A stretch of DNA of 27,463 nt from the IMG/VR virus record IMGVR_UViG_2545824714_000008. The stretch is one strand, 5' to 3'. The stretch comes from a virus (Duplodnaviria; Heunggongvirae; Uroviricota; Caudoviricetes). Positions within the stretch are counted from its first letter, which is position 1. Every line of letters starts with the position of its first letter. Under the pieces are notes generated by a model. That model ran no database searches, had not been told where the DNA came from, and saw nothing but the letters and a program-made list of their open reading frames with translations. Shown here in pieces: positions 26,370-27,463 of the stretch. The translations under genes were made by a program, and so were the position numbers.

Positions 26370-26804
26370 GTGTTTTTTAGTCCATCTTTAAATATTTTTG
26401 TGAATCCTGCGCTTAAGGATGACTACATCAATGTAAATTCATGGCCAGATGATGCTGTTGAAGTTGATGAGCAGGTGTATATTGAGTTTTCCGGATTACC
26501 GCCGAAAGGAAAAATCCGTATCGCTGGGGAAAATGGTTTTCCTGCATGGTCTGAAATTCCACCACCAACGCATGAGGAACAGATTGCCGCAGCCGAATTG
26601 AAAAAACAGCAATTGATTAATCAGTCCAACGAATATATGAATACCAAGCAATGGCCTGGTAAAGCGGCTATTGGTCGTCTGAAAGGTGAGGAACTGGCGC
26701 AATATAATTTGTGGCTGGATTATCTGGACGCACTGGAACTGGTTGATACCTCCAGTGCTCCAGATATTGAATGGCCTACGCCTCCGGCAGTTCAGGCCAG
26801 ATGA
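26370..26804 (+). CDS. Tail fibre assembly chaperone (Tfa), forward copy
   Basis: 144 aa from GTG 26370 (GGAGGG upstream). C-terminal motif LDYLDAL...SSAPDIEWP is shared with the convergent copy. Confidence 0.8.
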   Translation: MFFSPSLNIFVNPALKDDYINVNSWPDDAVEVDEQVYIEFSGLPPKGKIRIAGENGFPAWSEIPPPTHEEQIAAAELKKQQLINQSNEYMNTKQWPGKAAIGRLKGEELAQYNLWLDYLDALELVDTSSAPDIEWPTPPAVQAR

Positions 26805-27369
26805 TATCCGGCGCGGTGCTCGTAACTGTTGCCGTCACCGCGTCAATGTAATCAAGCACGGCGTTAAGCCGGGTGGTTTCTGCCTGCGTCAGCTTCCGCC
26901 CGGCCTGTAATTTCAGCTGAATCAGACTGATGGAAGCCATTGCAGCATCAATCAGTGACTGGCGCTGTGCTTCTGCCGCTTCTACTGCGGCACCGTGTTG
27001 TGCCTCAGTATCTGTCACCCATTTCTCACCATCCCATTTATCATATGGCGTTAACGGTGAAAGCGTGACATAACCGTTTTTGATGGCACCGATATAATCC
27101 ACTGTAACAGCAGCACCATTTTCGATTGAGTAAACAGTCTCATTGCGATGGTCTTCTTCATGGCTCCATCCCTTACCTGTAAATACTGCCACTCTTCCCG
27201 GAATGTTTTCGCCAGGGTCAATACCAGTGGAACAGGCGGGCATACTTACGCCAGTATTAATATATTCATCAGACCAGCCCGTATACTCAGATGTTTCAGC
27301 ATCATAATAAAAACAACGCATATCGCCCGGCACTGTAGCCAGCCCATTTTCATCAAAAACAGGTTTCAT
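26776..27369 (-). CDS. Alternative tail fibre assembly chaperone (Tfa'), inverted orientation
   Basis: 197 aa, convergent with and overlapping the forward tfa by 29 nt. C-terminal motif LDYIDAV...STAPDIIWP. Confidence 0.8.
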   Translation of the reverse strand: MKPVFDENGLATVPGDMRCFYYDAETSEYTGWSDEYINTGVSMPACSTGIDPGENIPGRVAVFTGKGWSHEEDHRNETVYSIENGAAVTVDYIGAIKNGYVTLSPLTPYDKWDGEKWVTDTEAQHGAAVEAAEAQRQSLIDAAMASISLIQLKLQAGRKLTQAETTRLNAVLDYIDAVTATVTSTAPDIIWPELPEA

Positions 27370-27463
27370 TATTTAGCCCTCACCAGAAAGTTAAATGCAA
27401 TATTTCGCGGTCTGACAGCAACAAAATTCACACCATCACCCACAGAGTTACTGGTGAAATTAA
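27369..27463 (-). CDS. C-terminal end of an alternative tail-fibre variable segment (partial; continues beyond window end)
   Basis: The minus-strand frame reads ...NFTSNSVGDGVNFVAVRPRNIAFNFLVRAK* with its stop overlapping the Tfa' start as TAATG. Confidence 0.6.
   Translation of the reverse strand, partial: NFTSNSVGDGVNFVAVRPRNIAFNFLVRAK

Larger units (their letters stand above)
3548..27463. mobile_element. P2/186-like prophage (integrase to tail-fibre region; continues beyond window end; left boundary/attL not resolved and may lie left of 3548)
   Basis: Colinear set of P2-family homologues: int, CI, CII, A, cos, Q, P, O, N, M, L, X, holin, lysozyme, LysB/LysC, R, S, V, W, J, I, H, tfa. Confidence 0.9.

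Noticed and set aside
1-27463. CRISPR arrays, rRNA or tRNA genes
   Set aside because: No regularly spaced short direct repeats and no tRNA-like cloverleaf or rRNA-like stretches were seen by eye. tRNAscan or Infernal would be needed to exclude small RNAs formally.

Overview
The window starts in a chromosomal yfiR-dgcN(yfiN)-yfiB locus of an E. coli/Shigella-like enterobacterium, with an IS1 copy (1..352, minus orientation) inserted in yfiR so that only the last ~34 codons remain. After yfiB comes a low-GC interval with one orphan ORF, then a near-complete P2/186-like prophage running from the integrase (3548) to the tail-fibre region and past the window end. Its lysogeny module is 186-like: int, a CI-type repressor, apl/cox-like, a 169-aa CII-like protein, a P2 A-type replication initiator, and a perfect LexA box ahead of small ORFs. 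A 186/P2-type cos 19-mer is followed by portal, terminase, capsid, lysis, tail-completion and baseplate genes in P2 order. The best candidates for an undescribed accessory or defence function are three low-GC cargo genes: a 334-aa orphan between cos and the portal gene, a membrane-anchored pentapeptide-repeat protein between the S and V homologues, and a 281-aa orphan next to int. A small secreted protein between cI and int is a fourth, weaker candidate. Other notable points are an internally duplicated CI repressor, a 38-bp tandem duplication that stops insA inside IS1, and the left half of an invertible tail-fibre segment with a hix/gix-like site. All calls rest on reading the sequence and on recalled family knowledge; no database search was run. 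attL could not be located because attR lies outside the window.
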